Assembly: GCA_964583845.1 (NCBI GenBank)
Contig: CAZOXG010000001.1
Span: 1-46,660, forward strand
Origin: an uncultured Candidatus Saccharibacteria bacterium
GTDB lineage: Bacteria > Patescibacteriota > Minisyncoccia > Phycocordibacterales > GWA1-40-21
Length of the DNA: 46,660 bases
Direction of reading: 5' to 3'
In this document: positions 1 through 7,774 of the stretch, piece by piece
How positions within the stretch are numbered: the first letter of the stretch is position 1
Layout of the letters: the number at the start of each line of letters is the position of its first letter
Notes under the pieces: generated by a model
Seen by the model: only the letters and a program-made list of their open reading frames with translations
Database searches by the model: none
What the model was told of the DNA's origin: nothing
Translations under genes and position numbers: made by a program

Positions 1-1171
1 GTACAATATTAAGCACCGCACCTATAACAGTATTATAAAATTGCAATTTAGTTAAGTTAACTGCCAGCATGTAGTATCCAATGGCGACATTTTGAAAAAT
101 ACATATTCCAGCCCAGACATAAATCTGTAAAGTTGGTACAGCTTCAATATAGGCTGTTCCAAATAGAACTTTAATTATTGGATAAGCCAAAACTGTAATT
201 AATAAAGCAATTACAAAAGAAATCCAAAACATTAAAGAATAAAGCTTTTTCATTCTGTTTTCAAAAAAAACTTTGCCTTGTTTTAGTGCGTTGATTAACG
301 AAGGGAATATAGACGCACATATTGTTAACGGTATAAAATACCAGACTTCAGATAGTCTTACGGCTACAGCATAGATACCAGACTGTTCGTTACCTAGCAT
401 GTTTTTAATCATTACCTGATCTATTTTCATGTAGATTCCAATAGCGACAGTGGAAAGCATAATTGGCCAAGAATCTTTTAGAATGGTTTTGGCGATACTT
501 TTACTAAATTTCCATTTTCTGATATGATGGCCAAATTTTCTAAATGAAAATAATAATATTCCCGAGTATATAGTCGTTTCTATTACATATATCAATGTAA
601 GCCAAAAAATGCCTTTATTAAAATAAATACAAATGAGTTTAAGCGCTGTCGAAATTATATTGGCAATAATTTGGGCCACAACAGTTTTTTTGGAAAGAAC
701 TTGAGACTGAAAGTAAGTTTCAATTATATTAAAAGCTTGTGGAATAAAGCTGATGGAAAATATCCAGATAAGTCCCAAGGTAAAAAGATCTTTGGTGGTA
801 AAAAGTGATACGATAAAAACACTTACAATAGCAATGAAACTACCGATTATTTTTATATAGAACCCAGTACCTATGAGTTCGTCTTTTTTGCTATGATCTT
901 TTATTATTCCTCGATTGATAATATTGTCTATACCGAAAGTTGCTAAGAAACTAAAAAGCCCTACAAAACTCATGGCATAGACAAAAAGTCCGTAATTTGC
1001 TGGACCTAAATACCTAGCTATATATACACTTACAAAAAAAGACACTCCAAGGGTGAAAAAACGACCAAAAAACATCCAGCCAGTATTTCTTAAATATTTT
1101 TGAAAGCCAGAATGATTCCAGATAAACTTCAGGTAGTCTTTAGAAGTTAATTGTTTAATAGTTTTAATCAT
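1..1171 (-). CDS. Wzx-like polysaccharide flippase (MOP / polysaccharide biosynthesis protein family); C-terminus cut by window edge
   Basis: Not in the ORF track because it runs off the edge. My own minus-strand translation from the ATG (cat at 1169-1171) reads MIKTIKQLTSKDYLKFIWNHSGFQKYLRNTGWMFFGRFFTLGVSFFVSVYIARYLGP... and continues as a multi-TM protein. Spot-checked positions 1-300 contain no in-frame stop. It starts 5 nt after the stop of the upstream GT1 gene, so the two look like an operon. Confidence 0.7.
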   Translation of the reverse strand, partial: MIKTIKQLTSKDYLKFIWNHSGFQKYLRNTGWMFFGRFFTLGVSFFVSVYIARYLGPANYGLFVYAMSFVGLFSFLATFGIDNIINRGIIKDHSKKDELIGTGFYIKIIGSFIAIVSVFIVSLFTTKDLFTLGLIWIFSISFIPQAFNIIETYFQSQVLSKKTVVAQIIANIISTALKLICIYFNKGIFWLTLIYVIETTIYSGILLFSFRKFGHHIRKWKFSKSIAKTILKDSWPIMLSTVAIGIYMKIDQVMIKNMLGNEQSGIYAVAVRLSEVWYFIPLTICASIFPSLINALKQGKVFFENRMKKLYSLMFWISFVIALLITVLAYPIIKVLFGTAYIEAVPTLQIYVWAGICIFQNVAIGYYMLAVNLTKLQFYNTVIGAVLNIV

Positions 1172-1175
1172 AAAA

Positions 1176-2384
1176 TTATCTTAAGAAATTGTTATATAGG
1201 GTTGAATATTTTTTCAAAAACATTTTTTCCGAATAATTTTCAACAATGAGTTTACGTCCATTTTGTCCCATTTGAATCAGTTGGTCCTTATCGTTTAGTA
1301 GGTCGTCCAGAGTGTTCGCCAATGCTTTACTATTAGCCTCGGTAAGTTTACCAACTTCTGGTTTAACTAGTTCTCTAACAACGGGAAGATCAAAACCGAC
1401 TACCGGTATCTCGCAAGCGAGAGCTTCAGCTGCAGATAGTAAAAAAGTTTCAGCCGAAGAGGCAAAACAAAATATATCACTCAAGGCATAAATTTCAGCC
1501 AATTTATTCTTATCATAAACATAACTAGTAGTTCTTACATTTGGTAGGTTTTCTAATTGACCGTTGCCAAGTCCGAGGAAAAGATAGTTTTTATCTTTAA
1601 GAAGCTTGGCGGTTTCTAATATGAAGGATATCCCCTTGGTCTTATCCTTTAAATTTGAGGCCGAGAAGAGAATTATTTTTTTGTCTAGTGGTAAATTATA
1701 TTTTTCTCTTAAATCTTTTTTGCTCGTTGCTGGAACAAAAACATCTGTATTAATTCCATTCGCTACAACTTCAATCTTAAAATTATTTAAATACGAATCA
1801 GTGATATTGTTTTTTAGCCATAGGGAAGGACAGGCTATGGTCGTATTTAAATCATTGGAAAAAGTCGCCTGTTTCTTTTTCAACATGTATTTAGAGAAAA
1901 CCGGAAAATAATTTTTAGGATATGAATAAGTATTAGTACAATGACCTACACCAGTCTTGCAATGCACACAACCTAAACTGTGAGCCGGCAGCCAAGTTAT
2001 GGGCCATTCATCGTGCAAGGAATAAATTATCGGAACTTCTATTGATTCAAGAAAATTTATAAGTTGAGGGAAGTTTACATAGTAACCGTGCAAGTTGTGT
2101 AGATTTACCAAAGCAAAATTTTCTTTTTTTATGTAATTAATTAGTTTTTTAGTTGAAAAATAACTTCCAATACCCTCTAGACCTAAGAATCTAACCAAGA
2201 AGATATGGATAAACATCTCCAACCGATTACCAAAGTAAAAAGTTTTTGGATTAGAATCTCTAGTCCCGCGACCATAGGCAAAATGCATATCAAAATCGAC
2301 GCCAAGTTTTTCAAATAAACTATAAGCCACTCTAGCGGCGCCACCTTTATTTAGAGTAGTGTTGATTATCAAGACTTTTTTCAT
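1176..2384 (-). CDS. Glycosyltransferase family 1 (GT4-type, GT-B fold)
   Basis: 402-aa ORF. The N-terminus MKKVLIINTTLNKGGAARVA and the C-terminal EALACEIPVVGFD..VRELV block are typical GT1 signatures. Confidence 0.8.
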   Translation of the reverse strand: MKKVLIINTTLNKGGAARVAYSLFEKLGVDFDMHFAYGRGTRDSNPKTFYFGNRLEMFIHIFLVRFLGLEGIGSYFSTKKLINYIKKENFALVNLHNLHGYYVNFPQLINFLESIEVPIIYSLHDEWPITWLPAHSLGCVHCKTGVGHCTNTYSYPKNYFPVFSKYMLKKKQATFSNDLNTTIACPSLWLKNNITDSYLNNFKIEVVANGINTDVFVPATSKKDLREKYNLPLDKKIILFSASNLKDKTKGISFILETAKLLKDKNYLFLGLGNGQLENLPNVRTTSYVYDKNKLAEIYALSDIFCFASSAETFLLSAAEALACEIPVVGFDLPVVRELVKPEVGKLTEANSKALANTLDDLLNDKDQLIQMGQNGRKLIVENYSEKMFLKKYSTLYNNFLR

Positions 2385-2400
2385 TTATATATTTATTAAG

Positions 2401-2434
2401 TCTAGATTGCTTCGCTTTCGCTCGCAATGACAGA
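2401..2434. repeat. Solo copy of the dispersed palindromic repeat family (..GATTGC...GCAATGACAG)
   Basis: tctagattgcttcgctttcgctcgcaatgacaga. It shares the (c)t(a/g)gatt..(t)cgcaatgacag core with the copy at 11293-11330 and with the inner ctggattgcttcgc segment of the composite copy at 43622-43774. It is related to the gattcccg..gggaatgacag arm at 5105-5131. Confidence 0.6.
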
Positions 2435-2565
2435 CGCTATTATCAAGCAGAACGTATGTGTCAGAAACCTAACTCTAACATCTTTTTCAGGGCTTTTCGA
2501 GGTTGCCTATTCCAAAAATGTGTTATACTTTATGTCGTTAATAATTTAATTTTGCGCACTTACGT

Positions 2566-4908
2566 ATGAATAATACAAACAAGATTCTTAAATGGATAGT
2601 TTATGGCGGTATTTTTCTGATTCCGTTACTACCATTATTTATTTCTAGTTCCATGCTATTCCCATATATTACTGGCAAGAACTTTGCCTTTCGTATAATT
2701 GTGGAAATCATTCTCGCTGCTTGGCTAGTTCTATCTTGGAATGACAAAAACTTCCGTGGTAAGAGTTCTTGGTTGTCTTTGGCTGTCGTGGCTTTTACGA
2801 TGATTGTCGGTGTCGCTGATATATATAGTGTTAATCCAGGTAAAAGTATCTGGAGTAACTATGAGCGTATGGAAGGCTTTGTGACGATTTTTCATCTCTG
2901 GGCCTATTTCATTGTCTTGACAGCGATGTTCAAAACAGAAAAAGTTTGGCACGCTTTGTTTAATACTTTTATTGGTTCTGGTGTAATTGTCTGTCTTTAT
3001 GGTTTGGTACAGATGGGGGAGAAAGCCGCTGATTATCGTGTGGACTCAACGACTGGTAATCCTATCTATTTAGCGATTTACATGGTCTTTAGTATTTTCC
3101 TATCACTATTTCTATTGTATCGAGCTTTTGAAAAGAAGGGTGGTTTAAAGAAAATATTTGATACTCCAAGTACATATTTTTATGTACCGGTCATGATTTT
3201 GAATTTATTCATTTTATACAAAACAGCTACTCGCGGTGCATTGATAGGATTCTTGGGTGGAGTATTGGTTACGGCGATTTTGATTGCGATTTTAGAAAAG
3301 AAAGATGTCTTGTTAAAGAAAACAGCTGTCGGATGTGTGATTGGTGTTTTGATTTTAGTGGCTGGTTTCTTTGCTATTAAGGGTACGGATTTTGCCAAGA
3401 ATAATAATACTTTAGCTCGCTTATCTAATATTTCACTTAGTGATATTAAGAGTACTTCTCGCACGATTATTTATCCTATGGCCATCAAAGGTTTTCAAGA
3501 GAAACCGATTTTGGGTTGGGGACAAGAGAGTTTTAATTATGTTTTCAACAAGTACTATGATCCTCGTATGCACAGTCAAGAAGCTTGGTTTGATCGTGCC
3601 CATAGTGTATATTTAGATTGGTTGATTGCAGCTGGCTTGTTGGGTTTATTGTCTTATTTGTCCATCTATGCAATCTTATTGGTCTTGATTTGGCACACTC
3701 CTGTTGGCTCAAAAAAAATTGGTACAAATTTATTGAAGAGTATCAAGTCATCTTTCCGCTTTGGTAACCCAAAAACAGACTCGCCATTCCCGGGGGACGA
3801 ATACACTCAGTCAATTACTTTTACTATTACTGAAAGAGCTTTACTGACAGGCTTGTTGGCCGCTTATGCTTTTCACAATATTTTTGTTTTTGATTGTTTA
3901 ATTAGTTACATTTTATTCTTTACCGTTTTGGCATATGTTCATGTTCAGGAGACCACTCCGGAGTCCATGTCTTTGTCGTCTTGGCGAAGAATATTTACGG
4001 TTAATGAAGAAGTTCGGACCTTAGTTATTTTGCCAATCATGGCTATTATTTTGTTGGGTTCAATCTATTATGTTAATGGTAAGCCGATGTTGGCTAGTCA
4101 GACTTTAATAGAGGCTTTGGTTAATAATCAGGTCCCAGCTACTCTTGGGGCTACAACTACACCATCAATTGAAGCTTTTCGCCAAGCATTGGATTATAAA
4201 TCTTTTGGAGATTCAGAGATTCGTGAACAGCTGATGTCTTATGCGGGTAATCTAACTCGGACTCAGGGAGTTAGTGATGCAATCAAAAACAACGTGATGA
4301 ATTTCACTTTTGATGAATTAAATAAACAAATAAGAGTTTCACCGGAAGATTTGCGTTATCAAATATTTACTGGATCATTTTTGGATAATACCAGAAATGT
4401 TCAGCAGGCTTTGCCGTATCTTTTGACCGCTGAAAAACTTTCACCAAAAAAACAAATGGTTAAGATGGAATTGGTGAGAAACTATTTGAGTCAGGGTCTG
4501 AAAGAAGAGGCGATGACTAAGGCTAAAGAGAATTTTGAATTAGCTACCGATTTTCGTGATGGACGACTTCTCTATGTCACCACTCTGATAGTTAATGGTA
4601 AGTATGATGAAGCAGATAAAGTTTTGCGAGAAGCCAATGATCCAACTATCTTTACTGATGAACAAACATTGCTTGCTTATGTTATCGGGGGGCATCCAGA
4701 AAAAGCAATGTTGGTTTGGCAACAGCGGATCTCCGCCAAACCAAATGATCCACAAATACGCAGTAATTTCATTACTTTCTTGCTTCGAGTAGAACAAAAG
4801 GCTTTAGCTATAAATGAGTTAAGTAAGATGGGTAAGGATTTTCCTCAATATAAAGAATCTGTTGATAAGGAAATTGCAAATTTACAAGCTCAGTTGAAAA
4901 CTAAATAG
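2566..4908 (+). CDS. O-antigen ligase/polymerase-like (Wzy_C-type) multi-TM protein with a C-terminal TPR-like helical-repeat domain
   Basis: 780-aa ORF. The N-terminal two thirds is polytopic membrane protein with a large loop (..YDPRMHSQEAWFDRAHSVYLDWL..). The C-terminal ~250 aa is soluble helical repeats. Confidence 0.65.
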   Translation: MNNTNKILKWIVYGGIFLIPLLPLFISSSMLFPYITGKNFAFRIIVEIILAAWLVLSWNDKNFRGKSSWLSLAVVAFTMIVGVADIYSVNPGKSIWSNYERMEGFVTIFHLWAYFIVLTAMFKTEKVWHALFNTFIGSGVIVCLYGLVQMGEKAADYRVDSTTGNPIYLAIYMVFSIFLSLFLLYRAFEKKGGLKKIFDTPSTYFYVPVMILNLFILYKTATRGALIGFLGGVLVTAILIAILEKKDVLLKKTAVGCVIGVLILVAGFFAIKGTDFAKNNNTLARLSNISLSDIKSTSRTIIYPMAIKGFQEKPILGWGQESFNYVFNKYYDPRMHSQEAWFDRAHSVYLDWLIAAGLLGLLSYLSIYAILLVLIWHTPVGSKKIGTNLLKSIKSSFRFGNPKTDSPFPGDEYTQSITFTITERALLTGLLAAYAFHNIFVFDCLISYILFFTVLAYVHVQETTPESMSLSSWRRIFTVNEEVRTLVILPIMAIILLGSIYYVNGKPMLASQTLIEALVNNQVPATLGATTTPSIEAFRQALDYKSFGDSEIREQLMSYAGNLTRTQGVSDAIKNNVMNFTFDELNKQIRVSPEDLRYQIFTGSFLDNTRNVQQALPYLLTAEKLSPKKQMVKMELVRNYLSQGLKEEAMTKAKENFELATDFRDGRLLYVTTLIVNGKYDEADKVLREANDPTIFTDEQTLLAYVIGGHPEKAMLVWQQRISAKPNDPQIRSNFITFLLRVEQKALAINELSKMGKDFPQYKESVDKEIANLQAQLKTK

Positions 4909-4931
4909 TTTTCAAAGTACAGCCATTTTAT

Positions 4932-4972
4932 AAAAAGCTGCGCTTGGTGCATTGCCAAGCGAGGCTTTTTAT
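4932..4972 (+). terminator. Intrinsic terminator after the O-antigen-ligase-like gene
   Basis: Nested stems aaaaagc/gcttttt and cgcttgg/ccaagcg followed by a T-run. Confidence 0.7.
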
Positions 4973-4990
4973 ATAACGGCCGATTTCTCC

Positions 4991-5193
4991 TAGTTATTTT
5001 TTTTAAAATGACTATACATTCTAAATACAGATATCAAATTTTCTGTCATTCCCGCGCAGGCGGGAATCCAGGAATCGGTATAAGTCTTAATGCAAATAAA
5101 GACTAGATTCCCGTCTTCACGGGAATGACAGAGTGATATTTTGGTCTTTTTGTAATTCACACTACTCTAGTCATTTTTTTTAAAATGACTATA
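4991..5193. mobile_element. MITE-like palindromic element (inverted arms 5043-5131) bracketed by 26-bp direct repeats (4991-5016 and 5168-5193, 25/26 identical)
   Basis: Left arm: ctgtcattcccgCGCAGGcgggaatcCAG. Reverse complement of the right arm: ctgtcattcccgTGAAGAcgggaatcTAG. The flanking repeats are tagttattttttttaaaatgactata and tagtcattttttttaaaatgactata. Confidence 0.6.
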
Positions 5194-5255
5194 ATAGGGA
5201 ACTATCGAACCTTGCTTGGTTATTGGTCTAATGCCAAACAATCGTTTTCAATACT

Positions 5256-6278
5256 ATGACCGTTTTAGAAAATTACTCTTTAGAAAATTTAAATACTTTT
5301 CGCCTTAGATCTGTCGCAAGATATTTTGTTGTGATTAAAAATGACACTGATTTAATCGAAGCTGTTTATTTATCTAGAAAAGTTAAATTACCAATCTTTA
5401 TTTTAGGTGGTGGTTCCAATCTGGTATTATCGGAAAATTTAAATGCGGTAGTTTTAAAAAGCGAAATTAAAGGCAAGGGTACACACCATGTGAATAGTTA
5501 TATTGTAAGAGTAACTTTAGGATCGGGAGAAGATTGGGATGAGACAGTGAACTTTTGCGTAAAGAATAATTATGCTGGTCTAGAGAATTTATCTGGGGTA
5601 CCGGGAACAGTTGGTGCTTCGGCTGTGCAGAATATTGGTGCTTATGGAGTAGAAGCAGGAGAATTTATTTCCAGTGTGGAAACTTTTGATTTGACCACTT
5701 TAACAAAAAAAGTTTGGTTGGCTAAAGACTGTGAATTTGGTTACCGTGATAGTGTCTTTAAAAAACCAGGTAATAAAAAATATTTCATTACTAAAGTAAA
5801 TTTTGATTTAAGAGTCGGAGGACAGCCTAGGTTATCTTATAGAGACCTTCAAGATCATTTTATCGGACGTAATCCGACCATTAAAGAAGTGAGAGAATTT
5901 GTGATTAAAATACGAAGGGAAAAGATGCCTGACCTGACAGTGTGTGGTTGTGCTGGGTCATTTTTCAAAAATCCAGTTATTTCTAAAGATCACTACGAAG
6001 CTTTGATTGATGTTTATCCCGGTGTGCCTAAGTATGTTTTGCCGGATGGAAGAATAAAAATCCCCCTAGCCTTTATTTTGGACCATGTTTGTCATCTAAA
6101 AGGATTAAAATGGGGTAATTTGTCACTTTATGAAAAACAGCCATTAGTGCTTGTGAATTTTGGTGGCGGTACAGTAATCGATATTGAAAATTTCGCGCAA
6201 AGTATATTTGATTCAGTTAAGAATAAGACTAATATAGAGATTGAGTGGGAAGCAGAAAAAGTTGATTTTAATAAGTAA
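5256..6278 (+). CDS. murB: UDP-N-acetylenolpyruvoylglucosamine reductase
   Basis: 340-aa ORF with the FAD-binding ILGGGSNLV motif and overall MurB layout (..NIGAYGVE.. ..FGYRDS.F..). Confidence 0.9.
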   Translation: MTVLENYSLENLNTFRLRSVARYFVVIKNDTDLIEAVYLSRKVKLPIFILGGGSNLVLSENLNAVVLKSEIKGKGTHHVNSYIVRVTLGSGEDWDETVNFCVKNNYAGLENLSGVPGTVGASAVQNIGAYGVEAGEFISSVETFDLTTLTKKVWLAKDCEFGYRDSVFKKPGNKKYFITKVNFDLRVGGQPRLSYRDLQDHFIGRNPTIKEVREFVIKIRREKMPDLTVCGCAGSFFKNPVISKDHYEALIDVYPGVPKYVLPDGRIKIPLAFILDHVCHLKGLKWGNLSLYEKQPLVLVNFGGGTVIDIENFAQSIFDSVKNKTNIEIEWEAEKVDFNK

Positions 6279-6289
6279 AATAGAATCCT

Positions 6290-7369
6290 ATGAAAAAAGT
6301 TTTTGTTTCTGGTTGTTATGACATTCTTCACGCTGGTCATATAGAATTTTTTAAGCAAGCAAAAGCCTTGGGTGATTATTTGATTGTATCTTTTGCCAGC
6401 GATGAAGTTTTGCAAAAATACAAAGGAAGGAAGTCGGCGCTTCCAGAAAAACATAAAAGATATCTCTTGGAAAATATTTCTGTTATCGACGAAGTGGTAA
6501 TGGGTGAAAATTTAGAAGACCCAATTTTTGACTTTAAAGATGTTTTTATTAAATTAAAACCAGATATTCTTGTCTCAACTGAAGATGACAAACATGCGCT
6601 GGAGAAAACAAAATTCTGTAAAAAACATGGAGCAAAATATGTTCAGTTGCCAAAAGATTTAGAATTTGAACAAATATCAACAACGGAAATCCGTCGTCGA
6701 TTAAATGTTCCTAAAGAAGTTTCTCTGAGAGTTGATATTGCTGGTGGTTGGTTAGATGTGCCAAAATATTCTAGATCAGGTGCATATATTGTAAATTGCA
6801 CAATTGAACCAAAAGTCAGTTTGGATAATTGGAAATATAAAAAAGGTTCTGGTTTGGGTGGTTCGGCTGGTTATGCTTTTTTGCGTGGAGAAGATTGTGT
6901 AAATTCTGAATTGAATCTAGGAGTTGGTTGGCAAGATCCAGCTGTTATTATGGAGACTGGCTTGTGCGTGTGGCGTAGTGGCCACCATCCAATATTAGAA
7001 ATGAAAGCCAATCCGGATTTTCTAATTGGTAAAATGGCTCTATTGTGGACTGAAGCAGATCATAATACTCCAAGCAATGTTGATTGTGAGAGAAACTATT
7101 CCATCATAGAAAAAGCTGGTAAGTTGGCTTATAAAGCCGTGCGCGGTAAGAATTTTGATAAATTGTGTGAATCAGTTAATATGTCTTACAAAGTTCAACT
7201 GGGTGAAGGAATGTTTAAATTAAAATCTTATAAAGAGAAAGCAAAAAAATATTGCGGGGGAGGACACGGAGGTTATGCTATGTATTTATTTAATAGTAAA
7301 AAAGCTAGAGATATTTTTTTAAAAAATCCGAATACTATCGCAATTGAACCTTATATAAAAAGCTATTAA
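6290..7369 (+). CDS. Fusion protein: N-terminal cytidylyl/adenylyl-transferase-like domain (HxGH class) plus C-terminal GHMP-type sugar kinase-like domain
   Basis: N-terminus KVFVSGCYDILHAGHIEFFKQAK (HxGH nucleotidyltransferase motif, TagD/RfaE-domain-II-like). C-terminal half RVDIAGGWLDVPKY ... KKGSGLGGSAGYAF (GHMP kinase phosphate-binding motif). Confidence 0.7.
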   Translation: MKKVFVSGCYDILHAGHIEFFKQAKALGDYLIVSFASDEVLQKYKGRKSALPEKHKRYLLENISVIDEVVMGENLEDPIFDFKDVFIKLKPDILVSTEDDKHALEKTKFCKKHGAKYVQLPKDLEFEQISTTEIRRRLNVPKEVSLRVDIAGGWLDVPKYSRSGAYIVNCTIEPKVSLDNWKYKKGSGLGGSAGYAFLRGEDCVNSELNLGVGWQDPAVIMETGLCVWRSGHHPILEMKANPDFLIGKMALLWTEADHNTPSNVDCERNYSIIEKAGKLAYKAVRGKNFDKLCESVNMSYKVQLGEGMFKLKSYKEKAKKYCGGGHGGYAMYLFNSKKARDIFLKNPNTIAIEPYIKSY

Positions 7370-7412
7370 TTAAAAATTTTTTTAACAAAATGAATTTTTC
7401 TTGCAAAAACTA

Positions 7413-7441
7413 TTGCATAAAAAATTGTTTTGGTAGATAAT
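7413..7441 (+). promoter_or_regulatory. Sigma70-type promoter TTGCAT-17-GATAAT
   Basis: ttgcat 7413-7418, 17-nt spacer, gataat 7436-7441. It lies about 100 nt upstream of the Lys-rich micro-ORF. Confidence 0.45.
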
Positions 7442-7543
7442 ATATGTAGTCAATGTGGTGAGAAATTTTCGGAGGTCGAAAAATATATCACTATATACTT
7501 TTTAAAAATAGTTCATTTGCCGAAAGGCTTAAAAAATAAAATC

Positions 7544-7609
7544 ATGGCTGCTAAAAAGAAAGTTGCAAAGAAGGTCGCTAAGAAAGTTGCAAAGAAAGGA
7601 AAGAAATAA
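7544..7609 (+). CDS. Unannotated 21-aa lysine-rich micro-ORF (MAAKKKVAKKVAKKVAKKGKK)
   Basis: ATG 7544, TAA 7607-7609. It sits in a 378-nt gap between a predicted promoter and a clean terminator. It is below the 60-aa cut-off of the ORF track and has no obvious SD. Confidence 0.4.
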   Translation: MAAKKKVAKKVAKKVAKKGKK

Positions 7610-7623
7610 TTTTTTTTCTCAAA

Positions 7624-7654
7624 AACTCCGCTGTCTCAAACTGCGGAGTTTTTG
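7624..7654 (+). terminator. Intrinsic terminator
   Basis: aactccgc / gcggagtt stem plus T-run. Confidence 0.75.
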
Positions 7655-7774
7655 TTTGTCTCAAGTTGCCTAATTATTCTATAGAGTAATTAGGCGACTT
7701 GTCTTTATCCTTTCTTAGTGTTTTTCTTGTTTTATGGCTAGACCCTATTGGGGTTTTGGGGTAGTATTATGTTT

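Noticed and set aside
1606-1911. Many 60-140-aa track ORFs lie antisense or out of frame inside long, well-supported genes. Examples: 1606-1911, 2731-2952, 3180-3464, 8852-9154, 21151-21684, 23435-24004, 26712-26972, 40583-40957, 42785-43216.
   Set aside because: Each is fully embedded in a CDS with clear family motifs on the other strand or frame. None has promoter, SD or terminator signals, and their composition is low-complexity, as expected of shadow ORFs in AT-rich DNA.
7748-7774. N-terminal extensions from TTG/GTG or upstream ATG starts in the track. They begin at 7748 secA, 10173, 11641, 17425, 25339, 30665, 31405, 32876, 33131, 34279, 40992, 43808 and 44462.
   Set aside because: The extensions overlap the upstream gene or terminator, or coincide with predicted -35/-10 boxes. 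The internal ATG gives the canonical family N-terminus or a proper signal peptide.
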